DNA of 64,000 nt from NCBI GenBank assembly GCA_014360005.1, contig JACIYI010000013.1, positions 14,494 through 78,493 of the forward strand. The letters run 5' to 3'. This document shows, piece after piece, positions 39,277 through 49,198 of this stretch. The notes beneath the pieces were generated by a model. It saw only the letters and a program-made list of their open reading frames with translations, made no database searches and was not told the DNA's origin. The position numbers were made by a program, and so were the translations under genes. Within the stretch, counting starts at the first letter, position 1, and each line of letters opens with the position of its first letter. Source of the DNA: Candidatus Aminicenantes bacterium. GTDB lineage: Bacteria; Acidobacteriota; Aminicenantia; Aminicenantales; Saccharicenantaceae.

Positions 39277-41877
39277 ATGTGGAAGTGGCTGTTAACTAAA
39301 ATCTTCGGGACCAAGAACGAGCGGGACCTGAAAAAACTCCAGCCCTATGTTGCGGCCATAAATGCCCTCGAGCCGCAAATCCAGCAACTGAGCGACTCCC
39401 AGCTCCAGGCCAAAACTGCCGAATTCAAGGAAAAACTGCGCCAGGGAGCCACCCTGGATGATATCCTGGTCGAGGCTTTCGCCGTAGTCCGGGAGGTAGC
39501 TCGCCGCACGGTCAGGATGCGGCACTTTGACGTCCAGTTGATGGGTGGCCTGGTCCTTCACCAGGGAAAAATCGCCGAAATGAAGACCGGTGAAGGCAAG
39601 ACCCTGGTGGCTACTCTGCCGGCTTACCTCAACGCCCTGGAGGGTAAGGGTGTCCACATCGTTACCGTCAACGATTACTTGGCCAAGCGCGATGCCGAGT
39701 GGATGGGCCCCATCTACAAATTTCTGGGACTGACGGTCGGCGTTATCCAGCACGATATGAGCGACGCCGAGCGCCAGAAAGCTTATGGCTCCGACATCAC
39801 CTACGGCACCAACAACGAATTCGGTTTTGATTACCTGCGCGACAATATGAAATTCCGGCTGGAAGACCTGGTCCAGCGCGAGTTTAATTACGCCATCGTG
39901 GACGAGGTCGACAGCATCCTGATTGACGAAGCCCGGACTCCACTCATCATCTCCGGTCCCACCCAGGAGTCAACCCAGCTTTACTACAAGGTTGATAGCT
40001 TCGTCCGCCGCCTTCATAAAGACAAGCACTTCATCCTGGATGAAAAGACCCGGACCGTCGCCCTGAACGAAAACGGGGTGGCTGAGGCTGAAAAATACTT
40101 CAACGTTCCCAATCTCTACGACCTGAATTACATGGACCTGGTCCACGCCATCAACCAGTCGCTCAAAGCCCACTTCCTGTTCAGGCGGGACGTCGACTAC
40201 ATGGTCAAGGATGGCCAGGTGATCATCGTCGACGAGTTCACTGGCCGGCTGATGCCCGGGCGCCGCTACAGCGACGGCCTGCACCAGGCCCTGGAAGCCA
40301 AGGAGCGGGTCAAGGTCGAAGAAGAATACCAGACCTTGGCCTCCATCACCTTCCAGAACTATTTCCGGATGTACAAGAAACTGGCCGGCATGACCGGTAC
40401 CGCGGCCACCGAAGCGGCCGAATTCATGCACATCTACAACCTGGATGTGGTTGAAATTCCCACCAACAAACCGCTCATCCGGACCGAATATCCCGATGTC
40501 ATCTACCGCACTGCTCGCGAGAAGTGGAACGCGGTGTTGGAAGAAATCATTGAACTCAATAAGATCGGCCGGCCGGTCCTGGTCGGCACCATCTCCATTG
40601 AAAAATCGGAGAAGCTATCAGAACTCCTGCGCAAGAAGAACATCAAGCATGTGGTCTTGAACGCCAAGTATCACGAACTCGAAGCTCAGATCATTGCCCA
40701 GGCCGGGCGCATCGGAGCGGTTACCATCGCCACCAACATGGCCGGCCGGGGCGTGGACATTCTGCTGGGGGGCAACCCGGATTTCCTGGCCAGGGAAGCC
40801 CTGAAAAAATCAGGAGTTGACCCGCTCAAAGCCACACCGGAACAGTACCAGAAGGCCTACCAGGAAGCCCTGAAGATTACCAGCGAAGAGCACGAGAAGG
40901 TTGTGACCCTGGGCGGCCTGCATATCATCGGCACCGAACGTCACGAATCACGCCGGATAGACAATCAGTTGCGGGGCCGGGCCGGACGCCAGGGCGACCC
41001 CGGTTCTTCCCGTTTTTACCTGTCGCTTGAGGATGACCTGATGCGCATCTTCGGCTCCGACCGCCTGTCCGGTCTGATGGCCCGGATCGGCATGTCAGAA
41101 GGCGTGCCCATCCAGCACCCCATGGTCAGCCGGGCCATCGAGCGAGCTCAGAAGCAGGTAGAAGCCCAGAACTTCTCCATCAGAAAACACCTGCTGGAAT
41201 ACGACGACGTGATGAATAAGCAGCGAGAGACCATCTACCGCCAGCGCCGGGAAATCCTGGAGGGCAAAGACCAGCGGGAATATTACCTTAACCTGATTGA
41301 CAGCCTGGTGGAATGGTACCTGGATCAATACGCCAACAAGGATAAGCATCCCGAAGACTGGGACAAGGAGGCCCTGCATCAGGCCATCTTCGCCCAGTTC
41401 GGTTATGACCTCAACCAGCTCAACCTGAACTGGGAAGAAATCAGCTACGATGAGCTCCTGGAAAAACTGACCTCAGCCCTGCGGTCGATTTACGAGCAGA
41501 AAGAAAAACTCCTCAGCCCCGAGAACATGCGGCAATTTGAACGCCTGATACTCCTTCAGGTCATCGATTCCCGCTGGAAAGACCACCTGCTGGAGATGGA
41601 CTACCTCAAGGAAGGCATCGGGCTGCGTGGTTACGGACAGCGCGACCCGTTAATCGAATACAAGAAAGAAAGTTACGAAATGTTCCAGCAAATGCTGGAC
41701 CGAATTGAAGAAGATGCCGTCCGTTACCTGTTCCTGATTCAACCGGTGGCGGAAGCGGAAAGACCGGCCGAGCGCCGGCCGCAGCCGATGTACTATCAGC
41801 GCCCGCAGCAGTCAGCCGCCGGTGGGATGCGGGCCAAACAGGCCCGGCCGCTGATTCCAGGCAAGAAAAGGCGCTGA
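39277..41877 (+). CDS. secA: preprotein translocase ATPase subunit
   Basis: '[25 protein letters not shown]', '[19 protein letters not shown]', '[10 protein letters not shown]' SecA motifs. Confidence 0.95.
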   Translation: MWKWLLTKIFGTKNERDLKKLQPYVAAINALEPQIQQLSDSQLQAKTAEFKEKLRQGATLDDILVEAFAVVREVARRTVRMRHFDVQLMGGLVLHQGKIAEMKTGEGKTLVATLPAYLNALEGKGVHIVTVNDYLAKRDAEWMGPIYKFLGLTVGVIQHDMSDAERQKAYGSDITYGTNNEFGFDYLRDNMKFRLEDLVQREFNYAIVDEVDSILIDEARTPLIISGPTQESTQLYYKVDSFVRRLHKDKHFILDEKTRTVALNENGVAEAEKYFNVPNLYDLNYMDLVHAINQSLKAHFLFRRDVDYMVKDGQVIIVDEFTGRLMPGRRYSDGLHQALEAKERVKVEEEYQTLASITFQNYFRMYKKLAGMTGTAATEAAEFMHIYNLDVVEIPTNKPLIRTEYPDVIYRTAREKWNAVLEEIIELNKIGRPVLVGTISIEKSEKLSELLRKKNIKHVVLNAKYHELEAQIIAQAGRIGAVTIATNMAGRGVDILLGGNPDFLAREALKKSGVDPLKATPEQYQKAYQEALKITSEEHEKVVTLGGLHIIGTERHESRRIDNQLRGRAGRQGDPGSSRFYLSLEDDLMRIFGSDRLSGLMARIGMSEGVPIQHPMVSRAIERAQKQVEAQNFSIRKHLLEYDDVMNKQRETIYRQRREILEGKDQREYYLNLIDSLVEWYLDQYANKDKHPEDWDKEALHQAIFAQFGYDLNQLNLNWEEISYDELLEKLTSALRSIYEQKEKLLSPENMRQFERLILLQVIDSRWKDHLLEMDYLKEGIGLRGYGQRDPLIEYKKESYEMFQQMLDRIEEDAVRYLFLIQPVAEAERPAERRPQPMYYQRPQQSAAGGMRAKQARPLIPGKKRR

Positions 41878-41901
41878 AAAACCCTGGTAGGAGGGTCATA
41901 A

Positions 41902-43365
41902 ATGCTGGACGAAAAATTAAAAGCAGGTTTAACCTTTGACGATGTTTTGATCATGCCGGCCAGGTCAGAAGTTCTGCCGACCGAAGCCGACGTCTCCACC
42001 AGACTGACCAAGAATATTCCTCTCAGTATCCCCATCCTGAGCTCGGCTATGGATACCGTCACCACTTCTAGAATGGCTATCGCCCTGGCCCAGCAGGGGG
42101 GCATCGGCATCATCCACCGCAATATGTCGGTTGAAGACCAGGCCGAAGAGGTGGACAAGGTCAAGCGCCACGAAAGCGGAATGATCGTTGAACCCATTAC
42201 CCTGCGTCCGGACGATAAAATTCACCGGGCCCTGGAGTTGATGAAGAAATACCGGATCTCGGGCCTGCCGGTCACCGATGAAAATAACAAGCTGGTCGGC
42301 ATCCTGACCAACCGCGACATCCGTTTCGAAAGCCGGCTGGACATTCCGGTTTCTGAAATCATGACCAGGGAACTGATCACCGTTCCGGTCGGCACCCCGT
42401 TGGAAGAAGCCGAAAAATTATTCCACCACCATAAGGTGGAAAAGATACTGATAGTGGATGAAAATTACCACCTCAAGGGTCTCATTACCTACAAAGATAT
42501 CCTGAAACGCATCCAGTATCCCCTGGCCTCCAAGGATAAGCTGGGAAGGCTGCGGGTCGGAGCTGCAGTCGGAGTCGGGGCTGAGGTCATGGACAGGGTG
42601 GCCGCCCTGGTCAAGGCCGGCTGCGACGTCATCGTGGTCGACACCGCCCACGGACACTCCCAGAGGGTCATGGACACCGTTAAGCTTATCCGGAATAAAT
42701 ACCCGGAGCTGGACCTGATTGCCGGCAACATCGCCACGGCCGAAGCAGCCGAAGACCTGATCAGGCTGGGCGTGGATGCGGTTAAAGTCGGCATCGGTCC
42801 CGGTTCCATCTGTACCACCAGGGTGGTAGCCGGGGTCGGCGTGCCCCAGATCACGGCCATCGCCGATGTCTATAAAGTCACCAGCAAGCATAACATCCCG
42901 CTGATTGCCGACGGGGGCATCAAGTATTCCGGCGATATTACTAAAGCTATTGCCGCCGGCGCTTCCATGGTCATGCTGGGAAACCTCCTGGCCGGCACTG
43001 ACGAATCACCCGGCGAGGTCGTGATTTTCCAGGGCCGTGCCTATAAAACCTACCGCGGAATGGGGTCAATTGAAGCTATGAAAAATGGCAGCCGCGACCG
43101 CTACTTCCAGGATACGGTCACCGAAACCACCAAGCTGGTGCCAGAAGGCATTGAAGGTCGGGTGCCTTACAAAGGCAGTGCTGTTTCCATCATCCAGATG
43201 CTGGTGGGTGGCTTGAAGGCCGGAATGGGTTACGCCGGATGCCGGACAATAGAAGAGCTGCAGAAAAAGGCCAAATTCATTAAAATTACCACGGCCGCCC
43301 TGCGGGAAAGCCATGTCCACGACGTAGTCATCACCAAGGAAGCCCCGAATTACCACCTGGATTAA
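41902..43365 (+). CDS. guaB: IMP dehydrogenase
   Basis: 'LTFDDVL..P', tandem CBS, '[12 protein letters not shown]' catalytic Cys loop, 'GGIKYSGD'. Confidence 0.95.
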   Translation: MLDEKLKAGLTFDDVLIMPARSEVLPTEADVSTRLTKNIPLSIPILSSAMDTVTTSRMAIALAQQGGIGIIHRNMSVEDQAEEVDKVKRHESGMIVEPITLRPDDKIHRALELMKKYRISGLPVTDENNKLVGILTNRDIRFESRLDIPVSEIMTRELITVPVGTPLEEAEKLFHHHKVEKILIVDENYHLKGLITYKDILKRIQYPLASKDKLGRLRVGAAVGVGAEVMDRVAALVKAGCDVIVVDTAHGHSQRVMDTVKLIRNKYPELDLIAGNIATAEAAEDLIRLGVDAVKVGIGPGSICTTRVVAGVGVPQITAIADVYKVTSKHNIPLIADGGIKYSGDITKAIAAGASMVMLGNLLAGTDESPGEVVIFQGRAYKTYRGMGSIEAMKNGSRDRYFQDTVTETTKLVPEGIEGRVPYKGSAVSIIQMLVGGLKAGMGYAGCRTIEELQKKAKFIKITTAALRESHVHDVVITKEAPNYHLD

Positions 43366-43388
43366 GATAAGAAGACCAGTCTTCAGGC

Positions 43389-43748
43389 TCAGTTCTTGAT
43401 CATCTTGACCCGGTTATTTTCGTCAAGCAGGACAATTTTCGGCAGGTGAAAATCCACTTCTTCCTCGCTCAGGTGGCAATAGGAAGTGATGATGATGACA
43501 TCCCCTTTCCTGGCTTTGTGGGCAGCCGCCCCGTAGACTCCGATTTGGCCTGAGCCCGGCTCTTCCTTAATCAGGTAGGTAGTGAATCGTTCGCCGTTGC
43601 TGACGTTGTAGATTTCTACCCGTTCGTATTCCCTCATCCCGGCTGCCTTCATCAGGTCTTCATCTATCCCCAGGCTGCCTTCATAATTGATATCGCTGTA
43701 GGTTACTTTAGCCCGGTGCAGTTTGGATTTCAGGTAAAGCATAATCAT
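43389..43748 (-). CDS. panD: aspartate 1-decarboxylase
   Basis: 'KSKLHRA.VT..DLNYEGS' with the Gly-Ser self-processing site. Confidence 0.9.
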   Translation of the reverse strand: MIMLYLKSKLHRAKVTYSDINYEGSLGIDEDLMKAAGMREYERVEIYNVSNGERFTTYLIKEEPGSGQIGVYGAAAHKARKGDVIIITSYCHLSEEEVDFHLPKIVLLDENNRVKMIKN

Positions 43749-44605
43749 TTTTCTATTCCTCCTGATATTATCCGGAGATTATCGATCAACCTGGTCCGGC
43801 CGATAAAGACGGCCAGGGCGATGAGCGCCTGGTCTCCGATGGTCTCCAGAGGCTCCAGGGTTTTAAGGTCGACTATTTCCACGTAATCAATCCTGGCCAG
43901 CGGCTCAGCCGATATTAATTCTATCATCTTCTGCCTTATTTTCCTGGCCTCTCTTTCACCTTCAATAATCAGCTTTTCGGCCAGGTCCAGGCTTTTCTTC
44001 AGGACCAGGGCTGCCCGCCTTTCTTCGGGGCTGAGGTAGGTATTCCTGGAACTGAGGGCCAGCCCGTCATGGTCGCGGACAAGGGGCAAAGCCACAATTT
44101 TAACGGGCAGATTCAGGTCTTCTACCATTTTCTGCAGGATAATCACCTGCTGGGCATCTTTCCAGCCGAAATAGGCTTCATCCGGTTGCACCAGATTAAA
44201 TAGTTTCAGGACGACGGTGCAAACGCCCCGGAAATGTCCGGGACGGGATTTGCCGCAGAGTTTATCCTGAAGGTCTTCCACTTCGACATAGGTCTTATAG
44301 CCCTCCGGATACATGACTTCCACCGGCGGATAAAAAACCAAATCCACCCCTTCCCTTTCCAGCAGGGCTCGGTCCCGCTCCAGGTCCCGGGGATAAACCT
44401 TATAATCCTCGGCCGGACCAAACTGCATGGGGTTGACAAAAATCGAGACCACGGTTAGGTTTGAGCGCTTTTTTGATTCCCGAACGAGACTCAGGTGCCC
44501 TTCATGCAGATAACCCATGGTCGGGACAAAGCCTATTTTTTGGCCCTGCTTTTTCCAGACCTGGATTTTTTCTCGCAGTTCAATCACCGTGCCGACAATT
44601 TCCAT
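43745..44605 (-). CDS. panC: pantoate--beta-alanine ligase
   Basis: 'GFVPTMGYLHEGHLSL', 'SIFVNP.QF' motifs; 4-nt overlap with panD. Confidence 0.9.
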   Translation of the reverse strand: MEIVGTVIELREKIQVWKKQGQKIGFVPTMGYLHEGHLSLVRESKKRSNLTVVSIFVNPMQFGPAEDYKVYPRDLERDRALLEREGVDLVFYPPVEVMYPEGYKTYVEVEDLQDKLCGKSRPGHFRGVCTVVLKLFNLVQPDEAYFGWKDAQQVIILQKMVEDLNLPVKIVALPLVRDHDGLALSSRNTYLSPEERRAALVLKKSLDLAEKLIIEGEREARKIRQKMIELISAEPLARIDYVEIVDLKTLEPLETIGDQALIALAVFIGRTRLIDNLRIISGGIEK

Positions 44606-44717
44606 GGCTTTTGTTTATCCTTTTTTCTTTCCGTCTGTTTCATTAAATGATGTATAAGACTTTTTATTGCTTTTTATTATTTCTTTCTCCTTCTCCGGCC
44701 AGCCAGCGACCAGGACC

Positions 44718-45599
44718 TCATCGCCTTCCGGCCATCACCTTCCGTCTGACCTTCCGAGCCAGTCCAGCCTGCTCTTTTTTCAGATGATAGCAGTGTTCAG
44801 CCTGGGGATAATTCCCCTGGCGGACATCATCAATATAGCTCTGGACGGCCCTGGAAATAACCCCGTTCAGGTCGGCGTACTTTTTGACGAACCTTGGCAG
44901 GTAGTCGGCAGTCAAGCCCAGCAGGTCATTGACCACCAGAATCTGACCATCGCACTTAGGTCCGGCCCCGATGCCGATGGTCGGAATCTTGAGGGCAGCC
45001 GTAATCTCGGCCGCCAGCTCGGCCGGTACTGATTCCAGGACCAAGGAAAAAGCCCCGGCTTTCTCCAGAGCCAGGGCCCCCCGGAAGATGGCCTCGGCCT
45101 GTTCTTCTTCCTTGCCCTGCACCAGGAAGCCGCCAATTTTGCGAACCGACTGCGGGGTCAGGCCGACGTGGCCCATGACCGGAATTTCAGCTTCCACCAG
45201 GGCTTGGACCAGTTGCAGCCGGGTAGGACTGGCCCCCTCCAGTTTAACCCCGTCGGCCCCGCCTTCCTTGATGAACCTGGCTGCATTCTGGATGGAATCT
45301 TTAGGAGAGAGATGAAAGGAGAGGTAGGGCATATCACCGATGACCATGGCTCTTTTCCGGGCCCTGGTCACAGCCCGGGTATGGTGAATCATTTCATCCA
45401 TGGTGACTGGAAGCGTGGTCTCATAACCAAGCACCACCATGCCCAGCGAATCGCCAACCAGGATGATATCCACGCCGGCTTCATCCAGGATCCGGGCGGT
45501 GGGGTAATCGTAGGCGGTGAGGGCAATAATCTTTTGCTTTTGTTTCTTAAGCTCGTGCAGATAGCATACAGTTACCCTGTCAGTTGAAGGTTTAACCAT
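44718..45599 (-). CDS. panB: 3-methyl-2-oxobutanoate hydroxymethyltransferase
   Basis: 'LTAYDY..A', 'ILVGDSLGMV..G', 'VKLEGG', 'GHVGLTPQS' motifs. Confidence 0.9.
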   Translation of the reverse strand: MVKPSTDRVTVCYLHELKKQKQKIIALTAYDYPTARILDEAGVDIILVGDSLGMVVLGYETTLPVTMDEMIHHTRAVTRARKRAMVIGDMPYLSFHLSPKDSIQNAARFIKEGGADGVKLEGASPTRLQLVQALVEAEIPVMGHVGLTPQSVRKIGGFLVQGKEEEQAEAIFRGALALEKAGAFSLVLESVPAELAAEITAALKIPTIGIGAGPKCDGQILVVNDLLGLTADYLPRFVKKYADLNGVISRAVQSYIDDVRQGNYPQAEHCYHLKKEQAGLARKVRRKVMAGRR

Positions 45600-45713
45600 A
45601 TTTTCTCCTTTTCTTTATCCCCTGCCCGCCAGCAGGCTCGGGGTAAAGTCCTTAAACGCCCTGAGGCTGGAGTTGAGTCTCAGTGTCCGCCCCGGACCTC
45701 TGAGCTCGCCCTT

Positions 45714-45722
45714 ATTATACCA
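45714..45722 (-). promoter_or_regulatory. extended -10 promoter element candidate for panBCD
   Basis: TGGTATAAT on the minus strand, ~115 nt upstream of the panB ATG; weak -35. Confidence 0.35.
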
Positions 45723-45728
45723 ATTTTT

Positions 45729-46388
45729 CTATTTTTTTGCCCGAAAACTCTGAGGAACGTAATAAAGAGTGCCCTTGCTGAGCTGTTTGATCTGCTCGAC
45801 CAGGTCCCAGACTTCCTGCTCCTGACTCAGGTCCAGGTCATCGGCTTTGACCACCAGCAAGGGGGTGGCTTTGTAGTTGAAGAAAAAATAATCGTAGGCC
45901 TCGACGATATCTTCCAGGTATTTCTCCGAGATGTCCTTTTCCAGAGAATTCCCTTCTTTTTCAATTCTCCGGATCAGAGTATTGACCGAGATCTGGAGAT
46001 AGATTACCAGGTCCGGTCGGGGAACCCTCTCGGCCAGGATGCCGTAAATCCGTTCATAGACCTGGAGCTCATCGTCCGTCAGAGTCTGGTAGGCATAAAT
46101 CTTATCTTTTTCGATCAGATAATCGCAGATGATGCGGTCAAGGAACAGGTCGCGCTGCAGCAGCCTTGATTGCTGGTGATAGCGGTTGGCCAGAAAAATA
46201 AGCTGGGCCAGGAAGGCCGCCCCTTCCTTCTCGTTGTAAAAATCGCGCAGGTAGGGATTGACTGTTTCGTCCAGGACCAGCTGACCGCCGATTTTCTGGG
46301 CTAAAAGGTGGGCCAGAAGAGTCTTCCTGGAACGGAAAACCCCTTCTATTGCTATGTGCCTGAAATTTATGTCGGCGCTGAATTTCAT
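45729..46388 (-). CDS. deoxynucleoside-kinase-family protein with degenerate P-loop
   Basis: 219 aa; 'IAIEG.....KT' block, 'DR.I..D..IF/YA' block and 'LIRRIEKEG' lid-like block of the dNK family; see finding. Confidence 0.6.
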   Translation of the reverse strand: MKFSADINFRHIAIEGVFRSRKTLLAHLLAQKIGGQLVLDETVNPYLRDFYNEKEGAAFLAQLIFLANRYHQQSRLLQRDLFLDRIICDYLIEKDKIYAYQTLTDDELQVYERIYGILAERVPRPDLVIYLQISVNTLIRRIEKEGNSLEKDISEKYLEDIVEAYDYFFFNYKATPLLVVKADDLDLSQEQEVWDLVEQIKQLSKGTLYYVPQSFRAKK

Positions 46389-46421
46389 CTCGGTTCAGGG
46401 GAAGGCGGCGGGCCGCTGGAA

Positions 46422-46619
46422 CTACTCCTTCGGCTGTACGGGAATCACTAACCAGGCAATAAGGTAAAACAGAACCATGGGCAGAATGGCGGTCAGCAGA
46501 GCCGCCCCGACAAAGATCAAACGGACCAGGGAGATATCCAGGTCGAAATACTCGGCCAGGCCGGCGCAAACCCCGCCCAGCATCTTCTGCTGAACCGATC
46601 GGTATAATCTTTTAGCCAT
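46422..46619 (-). CDS. PspC-domain membrane protein
   Basis: Start moved to ATG 46619 (GGAGAGGTG SD); 'RLYRS...K.L.GVCAGLAEYF..D..LVRL.F' PspC signature plus one TM. Confidence 0.75.
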   Translation of the reverse strand: MAKRLYRSVQQKMLGGVCAGLAEYFDLDISLVRLIFVGAALLTAILPMVLFYLIAWLVIPVQPKE

Positions 46620-46824
46620 GTCACCTCTCCGGATTTTATCTGCTTTTATTTTACTGAAATCCGCCGATTTTACAACTTTTATTCTGGCTCCTGTCTGTAG
46701 GAAACCGGGTCCTCCTATCCCGGTCAAGCTTTATGGCCCGACTGACCGCTAAGCCTGTTTTTTATTGACTAAGAAGCAGGATTATGTTATCGGTTTAGTC
46801 TAAAAATAAAGCAGGAGGTTTAAC

Positions 46825-48663
46825 ATGCACGGCTGGACCGGGAATATTCTGAGAATCAATCTAACCAACAGGACTCATAAAGTCGAACATTTCGACGAAG
46901 AGTTTGCTAAAAAATGGGTTGGCGGACGTGGCTTTGCCCTTAAAATCCTCTGGGATGAGCTCAAACCGGGCATTGACCCGCTGGGACCCGAAAACAAGCT
47001 GATTGTCACCGTGGGACCGATTGCCGGAATTCCGGCCCCTAACACCGGGAAAACCGTAGTGGCAGCTAAATCACCACTGACTGGCGGTTACGGCGACGGC
47101 AACCTGGGCACCAGGGTTACCGAGCAGATGAGGAAAGCCGGATACGACATCATCATAATTGAAGGCCAATCAGATAAGCCTGTATATCTCTATATTGAAG
47201 ATGATAAGATTGAATACCTGCCGGCTGACGAAATCTGGGGCAAGGGAAGCTACGATACCCACAGCTGGCTTTATAAAAAATACGGCAAAGGAGCCGGTGT
47301 TCTGTCCATCGGACAGGGCGGTGAGAACCTCAACCTCTATGCCATGATCCGCAGCCTGGAAGGTCGGGCCGGCGGTCGCCCCGGTATCGGTGCGGTCATG
47401 GGCTCCAAGAAGCTCAAGGCCATTGTCATCAAGGGTTCCAAGCCCATTCCGGTGGCCGACCCCGAAGGCATGCGCAAACTGGGCCTGGAAGACCTGAGGA
47501 AGGTCGGAGAAATAGATAAGAAGACTGGCTGGTCCATCCAGGGCACAACCGGCGTCCTGGCCTGGTGCAACGAAGTGGCGGCCCTGCCGGTGCACAACAT
47601 GAGAAAAACCCACCACCCCGAAGCCTGGAAGATTGACGGCGAGCGGCTGAACAACGCCCGGGTGGCCACCTATGGTTGCCCCAACTGTACCATGAGATGT
47701 GGAATTACCATCCTGGACTACGAGGGCCGGGAATCGGAACTGGATTATGAAAACATCGGCATGCTGGGCAGCAACCTGGACATTTTTGAACTGGACCAGG
47801 TAGCTTCGCTGAACTACCTGTGCGACGACTATGGCCTGGACACTATCTCGGCCGGGGCGGTCCTGGCTTTCTACGCTGATGCCATTGAGCAGGGAGCCAT
47901 CAAGGGCGATTTCCGGTTTGGCGACGCCGAGATGGCCAAGAAACTCCTGGGGATGGCGGCCAGGCGAGAAGGAGAAATAGGCAATCTCCTGGCCGACGGC
48001 AGCCTGCGGATGGCCAGGAAAATCGGTCATAATTCCGAAGCTTACGCCATGCAGGTTAAGGGCCTGGAAATCTCAGCCTACAACTGCAAGTTCATCCCGG
48101 GCATGGCTCTGGCCTTCGGCACCAGTCCCATAGGGGCCCACCACAAGGAAAGCTGGGTTATCACCTTCGAATTGAAGCAGACCGCCCGCGATTCCTACGG
48201 ACCAGAAAAGGCGGCCAAGGTCATAGAGCTGCAGAGAATCCGTGGTGGACTGTTCGAGTTCATCGTGGCCTGCCGCTTCCCCTGGATTGAACTGGGCTGG
48301 GACCTGGAACATTACGCTGAGTATTTCAACAAGACCACCGGTCTCAACTGGACCCTCAGTGATTTCTGGAAGGTGGCCGACCGCATCTATGCCCTGATGA
48401 AGTTCTTCTGGGTCAGAGAATTTCCTTTCTGGGACAGAACCCGGGACTACCCGCCGATGATCTGGTTCGACCCGAATAATGCCGACACCGATGGTCCCAT
48501 TGCCGGAAAAGTTCTGGAGCTCGACAAATACAACCAGCTTCTGGATTATTACTACGAACAGAGAGGCTGGGATAAACGGGGTATCCCCACCCGGAAGACA
48601 GCCGAGGCCTTGGACCTGAAAAAGGAAGCCGCCGAGGTAGAAAAATTCACCAAGCTGGAATAG
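46825..48663 (+). CDS. aor: aldehyde:ferredoxin oxidoreductase (tungstopterin AOR family)
   Basis: 612 aa; 'G..G.ILRINL....' N-terminus, 'GGRG', Cys ligand region 'YGCPNCTMRCG'; AGGAGG SD. Confidence 0.85.
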   Translation: MHGWTGNILRINLTNRTHKVEHFDEEFAKKWVGGRGFALKILWDELKPGIDPLGPENKLIVTVGPIAGIPAPNTGKTVVAAKSPLTGGYGDGNLGTRVTEQMRKAGYDIIIIEGQSDKPVYLYIEDDKIEYLPADEIWGKGSYDTHSWLYKKYGKGAGVLSIGQGGENLNLYAMIRSLEGRAGGRPGIGAVMGSKKLKAIVIKGSKPIPVADPEGMRKLGLEDLRKVGEIDKKTGWSIQGTTGVLAWCNEVAALPVHNMRKTHHPEAWKIDGERLNNARVATYGCPNCTMRCGITILDYEGRESELDYENIGMLGSNLDIFELDQVASLNYLCDDYGLDTISAGAVLAFYADAIEQGAIKGDFRFGDAEMAKKLLGMAARREGEIGNLLADGSLRMARKIGHNSEAYAMQVKGLEISAYNCKFIPGMALAFGTSPIGAHHKESWVITFELKQTARDSYGPEKAAKVIELQRIRGGLFEFIVACRFPWIELGWDLEHYAEYFNKTTGLNWTLSDFWKVADRIYALMKFFWVREFPFWDRTRDYPPMIWFDPNNADTDGPIAGKVLELDKYNQLLDYYYEQRGWDKRGIPTRKTAEALDLKKEAAEVEKFTKLE

Positions 48664-48840
48664 AATAGAATACAGAATAAAAAAGCAAACAAGACCGTAA
48701 AAATAAGTGGCCAGAGATTCGACCGGAGGTTGATTCTTTCTGGTCTCTGACAGAATTATAACCGTTCTCTTAAAAATTTAAGAGTTAACCGGAGAGCGGG
48801 CAGCACGGTCCAGACTGGAATTTAACCTGGAGTGGCGGCC

Positions 48841-49083
48841 ATGAGTGGCACAAGCATAAGAATCATAGTTAAACTAATAGGTCCTTTTGTCAATCAGCTG
48901 GGTTTTTCCGAAAAAACCATGGAATTTCCGGCCGGGGCCACGGTGGAATCGGTCCTGTCTTCCCTGCCGCTGGACCCGAAACGCCCCAGAATCGTGACCA
49001 GAAACGGTCAGGCCGTAGCTCCCGGTGAGAAACTCAACGACGGCGACCGCCTGGCCATATCGCCGCTTTACTCCGGGGGATGA
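48841..49083 (+). CDS. MoaD/ThiS-family ubiquitin-like sulfur carrier
   Basis: ~80 aa ending in '...PLYSGG' (C-terminal Gly-Gly); start taken at ATG 48841. Confidence 0.65.
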   Translation: MSGTSIRIIVKLIGPFVNQLGFSEKTMEFPAGATVESVLSSLPLDPKRPRIVTRNGQAVAPGEKLNDGDRLAISPLYSGG

Positions 49084-49198
49084 CGTGGCAGGCTGAACCC
49101 GGCTTTTACCAGGACTAAGGTCAGAAATAAATATGGTTAGAAGAGGGTGAGTCGGACCTGAAGGGCTAGACTGGAGGAAGGAAGACGGGGGGTAATAT

